A DNA stretch of 32,256 bases from Jimgerdemannia flammicorona. Its lineage: Eukaryota. The DNA lies in assembly GCA_003990765.1 (NCBI GenBank), contig RBNJ01000360.1, positions 1-32,256 of the forward strand, read 5' to 3'. The position numbers and the translations under genes are program-made. Below the pieces are notes generated by a model that was not told the DNA's origin, did not search any database, and worked only from the letters and a program-made list of their open reading frames with translations. Below are positions 1 to 13,102 of the stretch, in pieces; position 1 is the stretch's first letter; every line of letters starts with the position of its first letter.

Positions 1-327
1 TTTTTTAACTTTTCAGACTGAGGTTTATTTACTTAAATCTTTGGAATATTTTATATAAATATAGTTACTATCAGATTGCTATCTAGATAATTATAGAATA
101 TATAATAAGACTACTTTAGAATGAATGTGATTACTTGTTCTCTTAGAGGACAGATATTTTCTCAGAGAATGAGTATTCTTTCAGAGAATAGTTATTTTAA
201 TTTGATATATTTAATTATTTATATAAATTGATAAATATATAGTAACTATATACATATATAGTATAACTATATATACTAGGTACTCTTTATATATCATCTG
301 GCTATACTATAGTATTTACTCATCACA
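1..327 (-). mobile_element. Degenerate LTR remnant related to the LTRs of element 1 (cut by window start)
   Basis: CTGAGGTTTATTTACT at 18-33, followed by TTATATAA, recurs in the LTR at 15276-15751. The segment ends in CATCACA (321-327), like the LTR at 7817-8292. AT-rich and CpG-depleted. Confidence 0.45.
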
Positions 328-700
328 TCAGTCCCTACTAAAGGATAGTTTATCTCAGACTGTTTTTTAGTCATTATTCTGATATCTATAGATATCTTTT
401 ATATCTATAACTATATTATCTTTTTCTATTCCAGAATTACTCTATTCTAGAGACTCTTTATCTTCTTCAGAGTATAAGATTTTGACATAATTGATGATAC
501 TCTGGTAGGTGGTCATATTTATCCTTTATATATCATTTAAGGAGAACTGAACATATATTACTATGTTTTACAACTAGTAGTCTTCAACAGCTTTAGTCAA
601 AAGTATCCAGACTACTTGATAATTTCTTTGTGGATTACTATTCTTTGTCCCACTACATCAATTTGTTTAGAATATGAGCTATTTTACTTTAACAATTGAG
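328..700 (-). mobile_element. Hypermutated internal remnant next to that LTR
   Basis: CpG-depleted and TpA-rich. A minus frame reads ...AVEDY*L*NIVIYVQFSLNDI*RINMTTYQSIINYVKILYSEED..., with stops explicable as C>T/G>A changes. Confidence 0.3.
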
Positions 701-1119
701 TTGCATACACTGGTTGAGACTTGTGCTTAGAGTTTCCCTTAGTGTTTTGAATTTCATCACTAGCCACACAACCACGTGAACATCCAAATTGGAACATTTA
801 AGCAACCTAAAGAATCTTTCTTGTCAATTTACATTGCCTTCCACATAATAATTAGCAATGGAATATGGTTGGAAGCTCGTTAATAAAAGCCAAGAATGTG
901 CTTGCACAATTATATTTGAATTTCTGTCCTCGCCATGGAGATCTGACATTTTTCAGTTTTTCGCGCGGCCGATCAACACTGGCGTTGCTTGTTCCAATGC
1001 CTAGTAAATTAAAGCATCACAAGCAACCTGTCCAGTTTTCAAATCTGCTAGTCTGCTTTTATTATCTTTGACAAACACTCCTATTTATCTGACTAATTCT
1101 ATAAACTACGTTAAATCAG

Positions 1120-2710
<1,591 letters not shown>

Positions 2711-4406
2711 AAAATTTAGTGCTTCAGTTACATTATATACTTGATTGCGAAGAGCAGAGCACAGACACTTGTGATATTATTTTGAAACTTTTGGTGTTAT
2801 AGCAATATTTTATGCTTCTCAGTTTCTGATGAACATTTTGATTTAGATGGTAGTTGTTTTCTGGACTTGTTGCAAAAAGAAGGTGTTTGGTGGGCTGTCT
2901 GTTATGTTTCCAGAGCTTTTGGAATAGTATCAATAATCTATCTTGCAAACAGATACATTCAAGCGGATAATGCATGAAATTCTTGTGATCTAGACTTTGT
3001 AAATAACTTTGGGTTTGACAATGAATTTACTTAAGAGAAGGCCAGGAGCGAATGATGCGTTCGATTATTACTTGGTTGCTTACCACAATTCCGTTCCGTA
3101 TCTTGCGGTTGTATTCACTGGTAATCAGTCATCAGATATGTCGCTGCCTTCATGGCAGCTTCGGATACAGACACAGCGTGAGAGACTGCAAACCAGAATC
3201 CCAAGTCGGCGAGGAGAATGTAGCCTGGGGGTCGGAAAACTGACATCCTGTGAGTGCCGCGTTGGAGTCTTAGGCTACTGTTTTTTTTTTTTTTTTCAAG
3301 ATATTTCAACTTAAGTAGGACCTGTTTCTGAGCTCGCTAATATCAGTTCCAATTACAATTTCTTGCACATCTGTCGACGCCAAACCCGTTCCTGCGTACA
3401 CTTTTATCCAGCTGTCGTGCTTCCGCCACACCAGCTGCCAACAAGTTGAAGTTCTCTACCGTCATGCCAATGACACCTAGAGCAACTCCGTTTATGATTT
3501 GGGCAATGATACAAACCCCTGGAAAGCACTACAACTCCATGGCCAACTGAAATCGCTATACCCTTACCAATCCCTCCGATACCGCGCCACTCAATTCCCC
3601 TTAATGCCCACCACCCCCACACTTCCTTCCCCCATCCTCACATCTTCGTTGAATCCCTCCTCCCTCAACAACCTCTCGATATACCCCTTGAACATGTGCC
3701 AGTCTCCATCGTCGCATAGTACCGTCATAATGGTCATCGGGTGCTGAAGCCACTGCGCACGGACGGGACCCATCAAGTTCCGCGCCGCTGAGATGACAAG
3801 GAGACCCTCGGTTTGGAGGAGGTGATAGGACATTCGTATGGCCTTTGTGGGAGTGATAAATTTGGAGTGAGATATATGTGGGACGAAGGTTGGATACCAG
3901 AAATGAAAATAGAATCAGGAAAGCGAGTAGGTACACATACGGGCAAGTGGCCAAAATTAAAAAATGAAAGGTCAAATGATGACATCAACTTCGTTCATTA
4001 TTCTGGAATATCGCCATTGCGTGGCGAATGGTCCGGCGTAAGTGAACCCGACATAGTAAACAGGGAGGTGGGTGGGTATAAAACGAGATGAAGTCACAAT
4101 TGTTAATTATGACAAGGCGACGGAAGTGATTATAATTGAAGGGAGATGCAAGGTTACACATATTTGACCCGTCATACCTACTATGAGTGCGCAAAACGGA
4201 GTTCCTATTACGTCCTATAGACAAACTTCAAAGTACCACTGAATAAATTGATGTTACACTCATAGGTCAGTATTCCATTAGTCGTACTCAGGTATTTTTT
4301 ATCGGACAGAATTTAATCCCAATTTGTAAGACTTGCCAAAATAAATACAACATGTATACAATGCGGTTGCAAGGAGCCGACCCTCTCTGAAACCTTCATT
4401 GAAAGC

Positions 4407-4413
4407 TATAAAA
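4407..4413 (+). promoter_or_regulatory. Candidate TATA box of the protease gene
   Basis: TATAAAA ~105 nt upstream of the ATG, followed by a C/A-rich leader with (CCCATA)n. Confidence 0.5.
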
Positions 4414-4518
4414 CGCGTCATCTGAAGCCTCCACCATCCCAACAAAAAAAACCCCCAAGCACACCATACCCATACCCATATACCCATATTCATACCTACT
4501 CCATCCCTTCTCTCAATC

Positions 4519-5787
4519 ATGAAGATCATTTCGTGCATCCAAGCCGCCCTGGTGGTGGCCTCGTTTTCCTCCACCCATGCCACCCCTGTCAGCGACCCCA
4601 AAGGGTCTGGATTCAGCATCCTCGTCCACAGTAATCCACAGTTCGCGCCCAGTGCCAAGAGGCAGGTGGCCAAGACTTGGAATAAGTTTAATAAGCACGC
4701 GACGGGCAGTCGGATTGGGAATGTCGATGTCAGCACGATTCCGCTCATTGATGTATGTATAGTCCAGCGATTGCTATTGATACGAACTAGCCTCTTGCGT
4801 TCCGATCTAACGATCTATAATTTTCAATTACAACAGGACGGCCCCGATACAGAGTACTACGCTTCTATCACAGTGGGGACCCCCGGTAAGACCTTCAAGA
4901 TGGATTTCGACACAGGTTCATCCGACTGCTGGATCCCTGCCATTGACTGCGGCAGCACGTGCAAAGGCAAGGCGTCCTACGACCCGACGAAGAGCAGCAC
5001 GTACAAGAAGGACGGTCGCCCATGGTCGATTCAATTCAACGACGGGTCGATCTCCTCCGGAATCCTAGCCAGCGACACGATCTCCCTGGGCACGCTAGTC
5101 ATCAAAGACCAAACCATCGACCTCGCCAAGAAGCTCTCAGGCACCTTTGGGGGTATTGCGGCCGACGGCATCCTCGGGTTAGGTTTTGACGCCAACACGG
5201 CTGTTCAGGGCATCAAAACCCCCGTGGACAACATGATCGCTCGGGGCCTCATCACCGACCCGGTCTTCGGCGTCTTCCTTGGCAAAGCCAGCCGGGGTGG
5301 CGGCGGCGAGTACGTCTTTGGTGGATACAACAAAAACAAGGTCGGCGGTACACTCACTACCATCCCCGTCGACAACAGCCAAGGGCTTTGGGGCATCACC
5401 ATTGACGGGCTGTCTGCGGGCGGCAAGTCTGTCGGAAAATTCAACGGTATCCTCGACACCGGGACCACGTTGCTTCTCCTCACGAACAAAGTTGCGTCCG
5501 CACTCGCTGCAATCCTCGGTGCCACCGATAACAAAGACGGGACCTACACCGTGCCCTGCGATGCGAATAAGCTCGCCGACCTGGTGTTCTCTATCGGGTC
5601 CGCGAAATTCAAGGTGCCCAAGGAGGATCTTGTGTTCCAGAAGGACAGCAAGGGAGTTTGTATGGCCGGGTTTGGATATGGCAACTTACCGTTCGCAATC
5701 TTGGGAGACATGTTCCTCAAGAACAACTATGTCGTGTTTAATCAGAAGGTACCACAGGTGCAGATGGCGCCGTTGGCAGGGTTGTAA
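4519..5787 (+). CDS. Secreted pepsin-family (A1) aspartic protease, rhizopuspepsin-like; exons 4519-4752 and 4837-5787, 394 aa spliced
   Basis: Hydrophobic signal peptide, basic propeptide, both catalytic motifs (FDTGSSD, LDTGTT), DGILGLGF and ILGDMFL. AATAAA at 5895-5900. Confidence 0.96.
   Translation: MKIISCIQAALVVASFSSTHATPVSDPKGSGFSILVHSNPQFAPSAKRQVAKTWNKFNKHATGSRIGNVDVSTIPLIDVCIVQRLLLIRTSLLRSDLTIYNFQLQQDGPDTEYYASITVGTPGKTFKMDFDTGSSDCWIPAIDCGSTCKGKASYDPTKSSTYKKDGRPWSIQFNDGSISSGILASDTISLGTLVIKDQTIDLAKKLSGTFGGIAADGILGLGFDANTAVQGIKTPVDNMIARGLITDPVFGVFLGKASRGGGGEYVFGGYNKNKVGGTLTTIPVDNSQGLWGITIDGLSAGGKSVGKFNGILDTGTTLLLLTNKVASALAAILGATDNKDGTYTVPCDANKLADLVFSIGSAKFKVPKEDLVFQKDSKGVCMAGFGYGNLPFAILGDMFLKNNYVVFNQKVPQVQMAPLAGL
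4753..4836 (+). other. Phase-0 spliceosomal intron, 84 nt, in frame and stop-free
   Basis: GTATGT donor, CTAAC branch point (4807-4811) and CAACAG acceptor. Removal gives PLID|DGPDTEYY. Confidence 0.88.
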
Positions 5788-7120
5788 TGCTTGACCCTCT
5801 TTTTCTTTTTCCTCCCTAACGCTTTTATTTGACGCTTGTGATGTGCAAGACTTGCTTTAAAATTTCCTTGTACCATGGTATGTACTTACCGACGAATAAA
5901 CGGGAAAAGGACGCAGACATGCGTATAGAAACAAAGTTTTCGGCGGATAGGTCCTAGCGCAGATATGTAAATGGAATATGTATTGCAGGTACATCAGAAA
6001 GTTACTGCGAAACAAAAGCTGGCAGTATTGCACTCAGGTCTTCCTCTTTTTGTCGTTCGGCGTGGCTCACCTTTTCTGGACAAGCTGCTCTTTGTTGAAG
6101 GGATCCCGAAAGGGATAGCGCGTTAAAGACATGTCGCACGATTACCTGATTAAGGAATCCGAGTACTCGGACATCTGTATATATAGTGTAGACAAACGTT
6201 CATCCTTCTCCTGCTTTCGCTTTCGCTTCGCTTGCACTGTCGTTCCGCTTCAAACGCGTAGACGTTACTTCGTAATTTCACACCCTCCCACCTCCCTCTG
6301 ATACACTTTTCGTCGGGTTCTTAGTGAACTGACCAATGCATCAGTCTTCATGCAGGCATTTGCCCAAATACAAACATTCAAAACAATTATTCTTAACTAT
6401 CGGATAGGGAGTTGGTTGGCGGGCATCAACCAGATCAAGCGAGAAGGGATTTAAGTTTCGAACTATGATATCTACGTTTTCCGCACGTGCATTGCTCGCC
6501 ACACTGTATTCCCAAAATCAACATACATCCTGTTCTGAGACAAAAACGAGTCATGGTTTAGCATTTATAGGCGCCATCCCACCAAGTAAATCAGAAACTC
6601 GCTCTCCTACGCTCACACACACAACCTTTCTCTCTCTTTTTCTCAACTACACAAAAACTACCCTGAAAGGAGGTGACGGTGCTGCTGTGCTGAACCAGGA
6701 TCAACCTTACTAGTATGACGACGAAGGAGGACCATGACGCAGCACTGCAACTTTATTCGTGAGTATTCTCTGTGGCAGTTAGGGCCCGGGAGGCTAAGGG
6801 CTTTGGGAATCAAAGCGGTTCCTTTGGAGGGCTTGGACCATCGGGTCCGTGGAGAAGTGCACAGACCAACGCAGCTGACGCATCGGGGAATTTACGAATA
6901 TGTTGGAAAAAAGAGGATGCCGTGCGCTTGAGTCGGCTTTCACGCATCCAGCTCTTAAGGACCCAACGGGATCGCCTTTGTTATGCGCACGGGCATATTC
7001 GACTCTCGTCTCACCGACATCAAATCCTCATTCCACATCGCTAATTCCCCCACAGCCACACCATCGAGGTGGATAACGCTCTCCGCCAGCTTTAGCGTCA
7101 GCCCCAGCGTGTTTTGGGTA

Positions 7121-7460
7121 AGGCAACTGTCGGTGCAAGGCTTCGAAGCTGGTCCAATGATGATGCCTGAAGGCAACCGTCTGAACAGGGTTCAGAAGCT
7201 GGTCGAAGGGTATTGGCCAGATAGTTTGTTACTAAATACGTTTGTGGTGTCGATTTCTTGTGTTTTATGGAAGGGGTGGTTTTGGGCTTTTTTTTTTCCA
7301 TCCCATGAGGCAACCATCAGAGCAAGGCTCTGAAGCTGGTCCAATGATGATGCCTGAAGGCAACCGTCCGAACAGGGTTCGGAAGCTGGCCCAAATGGTG
7401 TTGACTGGATTGCTTTTTACCACATACACTTATAGATTATTTATTTTTGTCCTTTGTGTT
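7121..7460. repeat. 187-bp direct repeat (2 copies), each with two 50-bp sub-units containing a 7-bp hairpin
   Basis: AGGCAAC...GAAGCTGG units start at 7121, 7171, 7308 and 7358. GAAGCTGGTCCAATGATGATGCCTGAAGGCAACCGTC is identical in both copies. Confidence 0.85.
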
Positions 7461-7479
7461 TGGGTTTCAAGATTTCTTT

Positions 7480-7816
7480 AATGTTCTAGGTAGAATACAT
7501 ATATATAAATATATACAATGTATGTATCTTTGTTATTTAAATGGATAAAAATAAAACAAAAACTGTAGTTGTCTTCTTGGCAGATATCAACAATAAATAT
7601 ATTGAGTTTTATAGAAGATTATGGTCACTCAGTTATGGTTGTGATATATTCACTCACAACCTTAGATATTATTCAATAGATTTATTATAATCATCTGATA
7701 TTATCTATAGTAAGATCAATGTACTGTAGTCATAGTATAAGAAAGGTAGAAGAGGTAGAAGAGATAGATAAAAAGGGGGCTGAAGTAGCACTCTCTATAA
7801 GAAGAATAGTAGATAG
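7480..7816. mobile_element. AT-rich degraded repeat relic, host site of element 1; continues at 15752-16240
   Basis: Strong AT/TpA enrichment on both sides of the ATAG TSD. Family not recognisable. Confidence 0.4.
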
Positions 7817-8292
7817 TATAACATAGTGGACACTTACTCTTGAAAGAATGTCAGATTTCTGTATCTTGAAAACTTGACTGTTCTGACTCTTGCAGAGTCT
7901 CTTGAAGTTGCAGGGGAGGGTGGGTGAGTTCGAAGTATATCTGCCCACAGACTTACTAGTTCCTTTGCTATCTCTTTGCCTTGAACTATTTCAATCTGAG
8001 GTTTATTCACTTGAAGATACTGGGTTATTTATACAAGTTTGCTAGCTATGAGAGGGTGGCTAAGTAATAAATGAGTCATTTGGACTTTGTTGAAATATTT
8101 GGACTATGTCTAAATACTATACTAAATCAGGACATTTGATTTGGATAATGTCTAAAATTTAGACAATGTCTAAGAATTTAGACAATGTTGGAATTGAGGA
8201 CTGCTAACTATAAGGCTATACTACTTTGGGACTAGGTGTGATCAAGTGTCTATTCCCTATTTTCTTCTTCCAAATTTGGCTGTACCATCACA
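7817..8292 (-). repeat. 3' LTR of element 1
   Basis: Ungapped match to 15276-15751 with 27 substitutions by manual count. Confidence 0.96.
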
Positions 8293-8329
8293 ACTTCCTT
8301 CTGAATAGATGGTCTCATCCCTGAGACAT

Positions 8330-8791
8330 CTATTCAAACTCCCAGGCTTCAACCATCTGTATGGTCTTGTACTGTACAATTTGCTGCATGACTGTTTCCC
8401 AATAATGTCTTCTCACTTTCTCAAAGTCGGTAGGGGTTTCTCCTCTCAGGTGGTCTATTGCTGGTTCATCTTCTCAGAATAACTTGTAGATTCTTTTGGC
8501 AATAGTGATCTGTGAGTGGGAGAGTTGACACTCAGCAATCTAGTCCTCTTTGGTCTTTGCTGGATCCTGATTGAGCACCTGTCCAAGCTTGAAGTACTCT
8601 TGGAATTCTGCCTGATATTGATAGGCTCTAAAGTGCGAGATCTGAGAGAGATGAGTTTGCACAATACTCTGAATATCATCATAGTATGCTCCTATGGTTG
8701 GAGGCTCAGTGGTGTGCCATTGTCTTTCAATGGCTCTTTGGGCAGCGCTAGTGATCTTGAGTGCCATCGCAGTACTTTTATTACTAGCCAT
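8330..8791 (-). pseudogene. Element 1 accessory ORF3 (~153 aa, unknown function) between integrase and the 3' LTR
   Basis: The ATG overlaps the pol stop. One frame with two internal stops (TAG 8540, TGA 8474), each one transition from a sense codon. Confidence 0.7.
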
Positions 8792-10000
8792 GATATTTCT
8801 TGAGTCAGTTTCGGTGAATGGTGGTGGGGATTATTGTGTCTGAGGGTTTTCATAGCCAAAAGGTGGTTCCTTTTATATCTTGTACAAGGTAAGATCCTTC
8901 CCACTTGGGCTCTAGTTTTTGTGACCATGAAGCTTCTACCATATTCCAATACACTAGGACTTTGTCTCCTATCTTGATAATCTCCAAGAGTTTGTGGGTC
9001 TTTTCCACATTCCTCCATTATAGTGTCTGTACCTTGGTTATGTAATCCTCAGCCTTCTTCCTGATTTGGTATAGTCTCTGTATTTCCATATCCACATGTT
9101 TCCATATAGAATCTCCATTGGATGATAGGGTTCCCTGAGAACATTCTTCTCTGAACAGCATTTCTCGAGGGGTAAAGTGGGTACTTTGTGATCAGATATC
9201 CCGGAGAGCAGATAATGCTATTGGCAGATAGTGATCCCAGTTCTCATAGTTATCACAGATCTTGGCAATAACATTCTTGAGGGTTTTGTTGGTCCTTTCT
9301 ACTTATCTGTTTCCTTAGGAGTGATAGGCTGTGGTCCAAATGTGCTGGATCTTGTACTTCTTGTAGAGAATCTCAAAGAGCTGGTTCATGAATTCTGTTC
9401 CTCTATCTGTAGTTACTTGTATTGGGGTCTTGAACCAGCAGATGATTTCCTTGTGGAAGAAATCAGTGATTGACTATACATTGGCTTCCTTGAGAGGTCC
9501 TGCTTCTATCCACTTTGTAAAAAGGTCTATAATGATAATGATATATCAGTTACCAGTCAGGGTCAAGGATAGGGGGCCAATTACATCTATTGCTATGTGG
9601 GCAAATGGTACTGGTTCTATGCGTGCTGATCCTGGGACTTGGTTTCATTGGTCTTGTTTCTGTTTCTGGCATTTGTCACAGGTCTTGACAAATTGTCTGA
9701 TATCTTCCTCCATCCCTGGCCACCATATTGTTCTTCTTGCCTTGTCATATATATTCGTTCCTCCTAGATGGCTAAGTTCATATACTGATTTCATTACTTG
9801 CTCCTTCTTGTGTTCTGGTATAACTAGTAGTTTTCCTTTCTTCAGTGTTTCTCCATCAGTTTTGAATTGTTTCCATGTTCTGTTGATAATCGTTTGTATC
9901 CATTCTTCCAGATGTTGGGGTATCTTTTGCTGTCCCAGGTATGTGATGATTCCATAGTAGAGCTCCTTATTCATGATTGATTTATTGGTTGGGGGTAGTT
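8784..10000 (-). pseudogene. pol: Element 1 integrase (HHCC, DDE core, GPY-like module; no chromodomain)
   Basis: SHLGG...WWPGM...CDKCQ; IAIDVIGPL; TTDRGTEF; VERTNKTLK; KLEPKWEGSY. Confidence 0.93.
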
Positions 10001-10059
10001 CGGGGTGTCTGTGAGAGGGCATCTGCATTGGCATTGGTTCTTCCAGAGTGGTGTACAAT

Positions 10060-11322
10060 GGTTACATCATAAGCTTGCAACTTCATTATCTATCTGGCAT
10101 AGATTCCTTTATGTTGTCCAGTTGTCAGTAGCCAGGTGAGAGCTGAGTGGTCTATTTGGATGATGAAGTGTCTCCCAGCCAGATAGTAGTAGAACTTTTC
10201 TACAGCCCAGATGACTGCGAGGCATTCCAACTTGTAGGATTTATATTTTTTTTCAGCTTCTCGAGTTCTGCAGCTAAGGTATGTGATGACATACTCCACT
10301 TTATCTTTCTTTTGAGCTAGGACTGCTCCTAGTCCTTGTGCACTTGCATCAGTCTATAGGATGAATTCTTGAGTCTAGTCAGGTCTTCTGAGGATGGGTG
10401 CCTGGGTCAGTCTGACCTTGAGTTCATCAAATACTTTTTGTTGTCTGCCAGTCCACTGGAACTTGGTATCCTTCTTGTTAAGTTCATAGATTGGACCTGT
10501 GATATTAGAGAATCCTCTAATAAATCTGCGATAGTAGGAGGCAAGTCCCATGAAGGCTTGGGCTTCTGTAACAGTGGTGGGTCTTGGGTATGCTGCCACT
10601 GCTTGTATCTTGAGGGGGTCCATGTGTGTTCCATCTTGGTTGATGATGTGGCCAAGATAAGAGATCTCGATTTCTGTGAATTTGCATTTCTTGGACTTGA
10701 TGTATAGGCCATACTCTCTCAGTCTTTCTATTATCTGCCGGATGTGCTGCAGGTGTTCTTCTGGTGTCTGGCTGTAGATGATTACATCATCAACGTAGAC
10801 CATCATCTATCTTCCTATATTATAGCAGAAGATTTTGTTCATCATTCACTGGAAACTTGCTGGTGCATTGCATATTCCAAATGGCATTCATAGGTAGACA
10901 TAGGTTCTGTCTGGGATGATGAAAGCTGACTTTTCACTTGCCATGTCTGTGAGTCCAATTTGGTGGAATCCTGAGTATAAGTCCAAAGTGCTATAGTACT
11001 GTGCTTCATCTTCCAGTGTTATGAGGATGTCATTGATGAGAGGCAGTGGTTGGCAATCCTTCTTGGTAACCATGTTGAGCTTTCTGTAGTCAATGCAGAG
11101 TCTTGGGGTGAATTCTCCAGACTTGCTGTCTTTTTTTGGGGCTAGTACAACAGGTGAGGACCAGGGGCTGCTGGCTTCTTTAATGATACCAGCTTCTTCT
11201 ATCTGCTTGATTTCTTCTCTGAGTCATTCTTGGTAGGCTGGTGGGACAGGTCTTGCCTTCTGATAAATTGGTTTGGTGTCTCCAGTATCTACTTCATGAT
11301 AGTAGTGTGGGGTCTTTCCTTT
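10060..11322 (-). pseudogene. pol: Element 1 reverse transcriptase and RNase H
   Basis: SPWSSPVV, LCIDYRKLN, LDLYSGFHQI, MPFG, YVDDVIIYS, FMGLASYYRRFI, TDASAQGLGAVL, LECLAVIWAV, DHSAL. Confidence 0.96.
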
Positions 11323-12508
11323 TTTTTTTTTTTTTTTTGTTTTACGGACTCATGTCCCAAGGATTTTTATTGGAAGGGAACCTAGACTATATAGGCCAAA
11401 ACCCTCCCCCACCACCCACCAAGCACTGCCCCTCCATTAACCTAGGCTAGCTATTGTCCAGCAGCTCGACCATGCCAGGCGCAGTAGGGCTGATAAGCCC
11501 GCACCTCATTCTGTGTACCATGCTCTCCCTACCACCAGGGGAAACCCAACCATATGCTAACAACCAAAAGCACATGCCTGAGAACCCAACGTATGTACAA
11601 GGCCACGCCCGAGCTGAATAAAATAGCCCCTGCCACCCCAAAGAGAATGACAGGCAAATAAAAAACTCTCATCAAAGCACAACATGGTGGGTAGGGCCTG
11701 GTTCTCCCAGTTGAGGTGAGTAAAGGACTTACACATAAGGCAGGAGGAAACCCCCAATACCCCACTACTCAAGCCTGTGGGCCTCAATCACATTGCCATG
11801 TCAGCTCCCAGTTCCAGTTGAGTGCAGCCAAGACACCTGAAATGGGTAGCCTTGGGCCTCCTGACCCCCTCTGATGACTGGGGCCCAACCCTGCTGACCA
11901 CCAAAAGAAGCCAATAGTGACACCTACCACCTAACTGCACCACACCAATCAAAAGGCCCCACCAAAGCAGCACCTGCCCCAGCCCCGATGACTGCCCCCA
12001 GCCTGGCACCCTACTGGTTCACCGTAATCGCCCTTCCACCTATCTGTGATGGCCATCTCCCCTCCCATCCCGACAACACCCAAAAAGCTGTCACCTATGC
12101 CAGAACCATGCTCGCCGGGAAGCTTGCCAAAGCCAGAGGGCCCCACCACAGGCACCAAGGACCTGCAGGTAACCTATACTGAGCACTTGACGCCCAAGGT
12201 CGGCCGACTCCCTACATAGCCCGAGACACACCAAGACAACTCCTTGTTAGCGATGGCAAAAGGAAGAAGGCGCCGCACCAAAAAGGGTACACCCTAGACG
12301 CAGCTGAAGGCACCAGAATCCATGAAAAAGTGGAGGAAGCACTAATCCGACACTGATAAAGGGACAACTCATCACCATTGCCCTCCTCCCACCATGCCCC
12401 TGCAGGCACAGCAAACCAACCTGAGGTAGAGGGGGTAATATTAGGGGAAAGGGGACTTGGAAGGTCGCCTACCAAACCTAGTGACCGGTAAGGTAGTGGA
12501 GAAAGGAG
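11323..12508 (-). mobile_element. Poly(A)-tailed non-LTR retro-insertion (5'-truncated LINE 3' end or non-autonomous element)
   Basis: 14-16 bp TSD GTGGGGTCTTTCCT(TT) at 11307-11322 and 12509-12524. T tract to 11338. AATAAA on the minus strand at 11366-11371. Removal restores pol KDIKGKTP|HYYHEVDTG. Confidence 0.92.
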
Positions 12509-12689
12509 GTGGGGTCTTTCCTTTGATATCCTTGAAATCTGTGGCAAGGACATCTTCAAATTCGTGGAGTATTTTCTTGAGTTCTTTCTTAAGTGGAAAT
12601 TCATTTCTGATGGTGTAGCTGTGCTTGCTTGTGTTTTCCTCCTTCTTATACTCGAGTTCGGTAATCTTGGTGCTGGCGAATACTTCTCT

Positions 12690-13102
12690 TCCTGTGGATC
12701 CAAATCCTTTCTTTCCTCTTTTCGTTTCCTCCAGATTCTTGACTTCTATGATCCTTGGTTGTATGATTGGAAAGATCAACATTTGCACCAATCGGTCCTT
12801 CTTCTTGACTGGAAATGGGATTGTAGGATTGTGATTTCTAGCAATGAGTAGGATTTCTCCAATATAGTCTGAATCGATGACTCCTCCTTCAATTGTGATT
12901 TCACTTCTAGCCAGGCTGCTTCTTGTCTTGAGAATCCCGACATGATCCTTTGGGATGGTCATCTCCAGTCTAGTTGTGAGTAGGGTGGTTGTCTGGAGTT
13001 CCAGTACAGTCTCTTCTACTTTAGCAATGTCCATTCCAGCTGCGTTTTCTGACTTGTATTCTGGCAAGACTGCATCAGGGAGGATCTTTCAAATCTTGAC
13101 CT
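12690..13102 (-). pseudogene. dut: Trimeric dUTPase domain within element 1 pol
   Basis: All five motifs are present: AAGMDI, RSSLA, GVIDSDYIGEI, DRLVQM, RGKKGFGSTG. Confidence 0.95.

Noticed and set aside
3410..3833. Coding-like minus-strand fragment (…MTVLCDDGDWHMFKGYIERLLREEG…)
   Set aside because: Possibly a pseudo-exon, but it is broken by stops and I cannot assign a family.
6714..7044. CpG-rich, frameshifted coding-like stretch, possibly a LINE ORF1 start
   Set aside because: No diagnostic motif; the resemblance is too weak to call.
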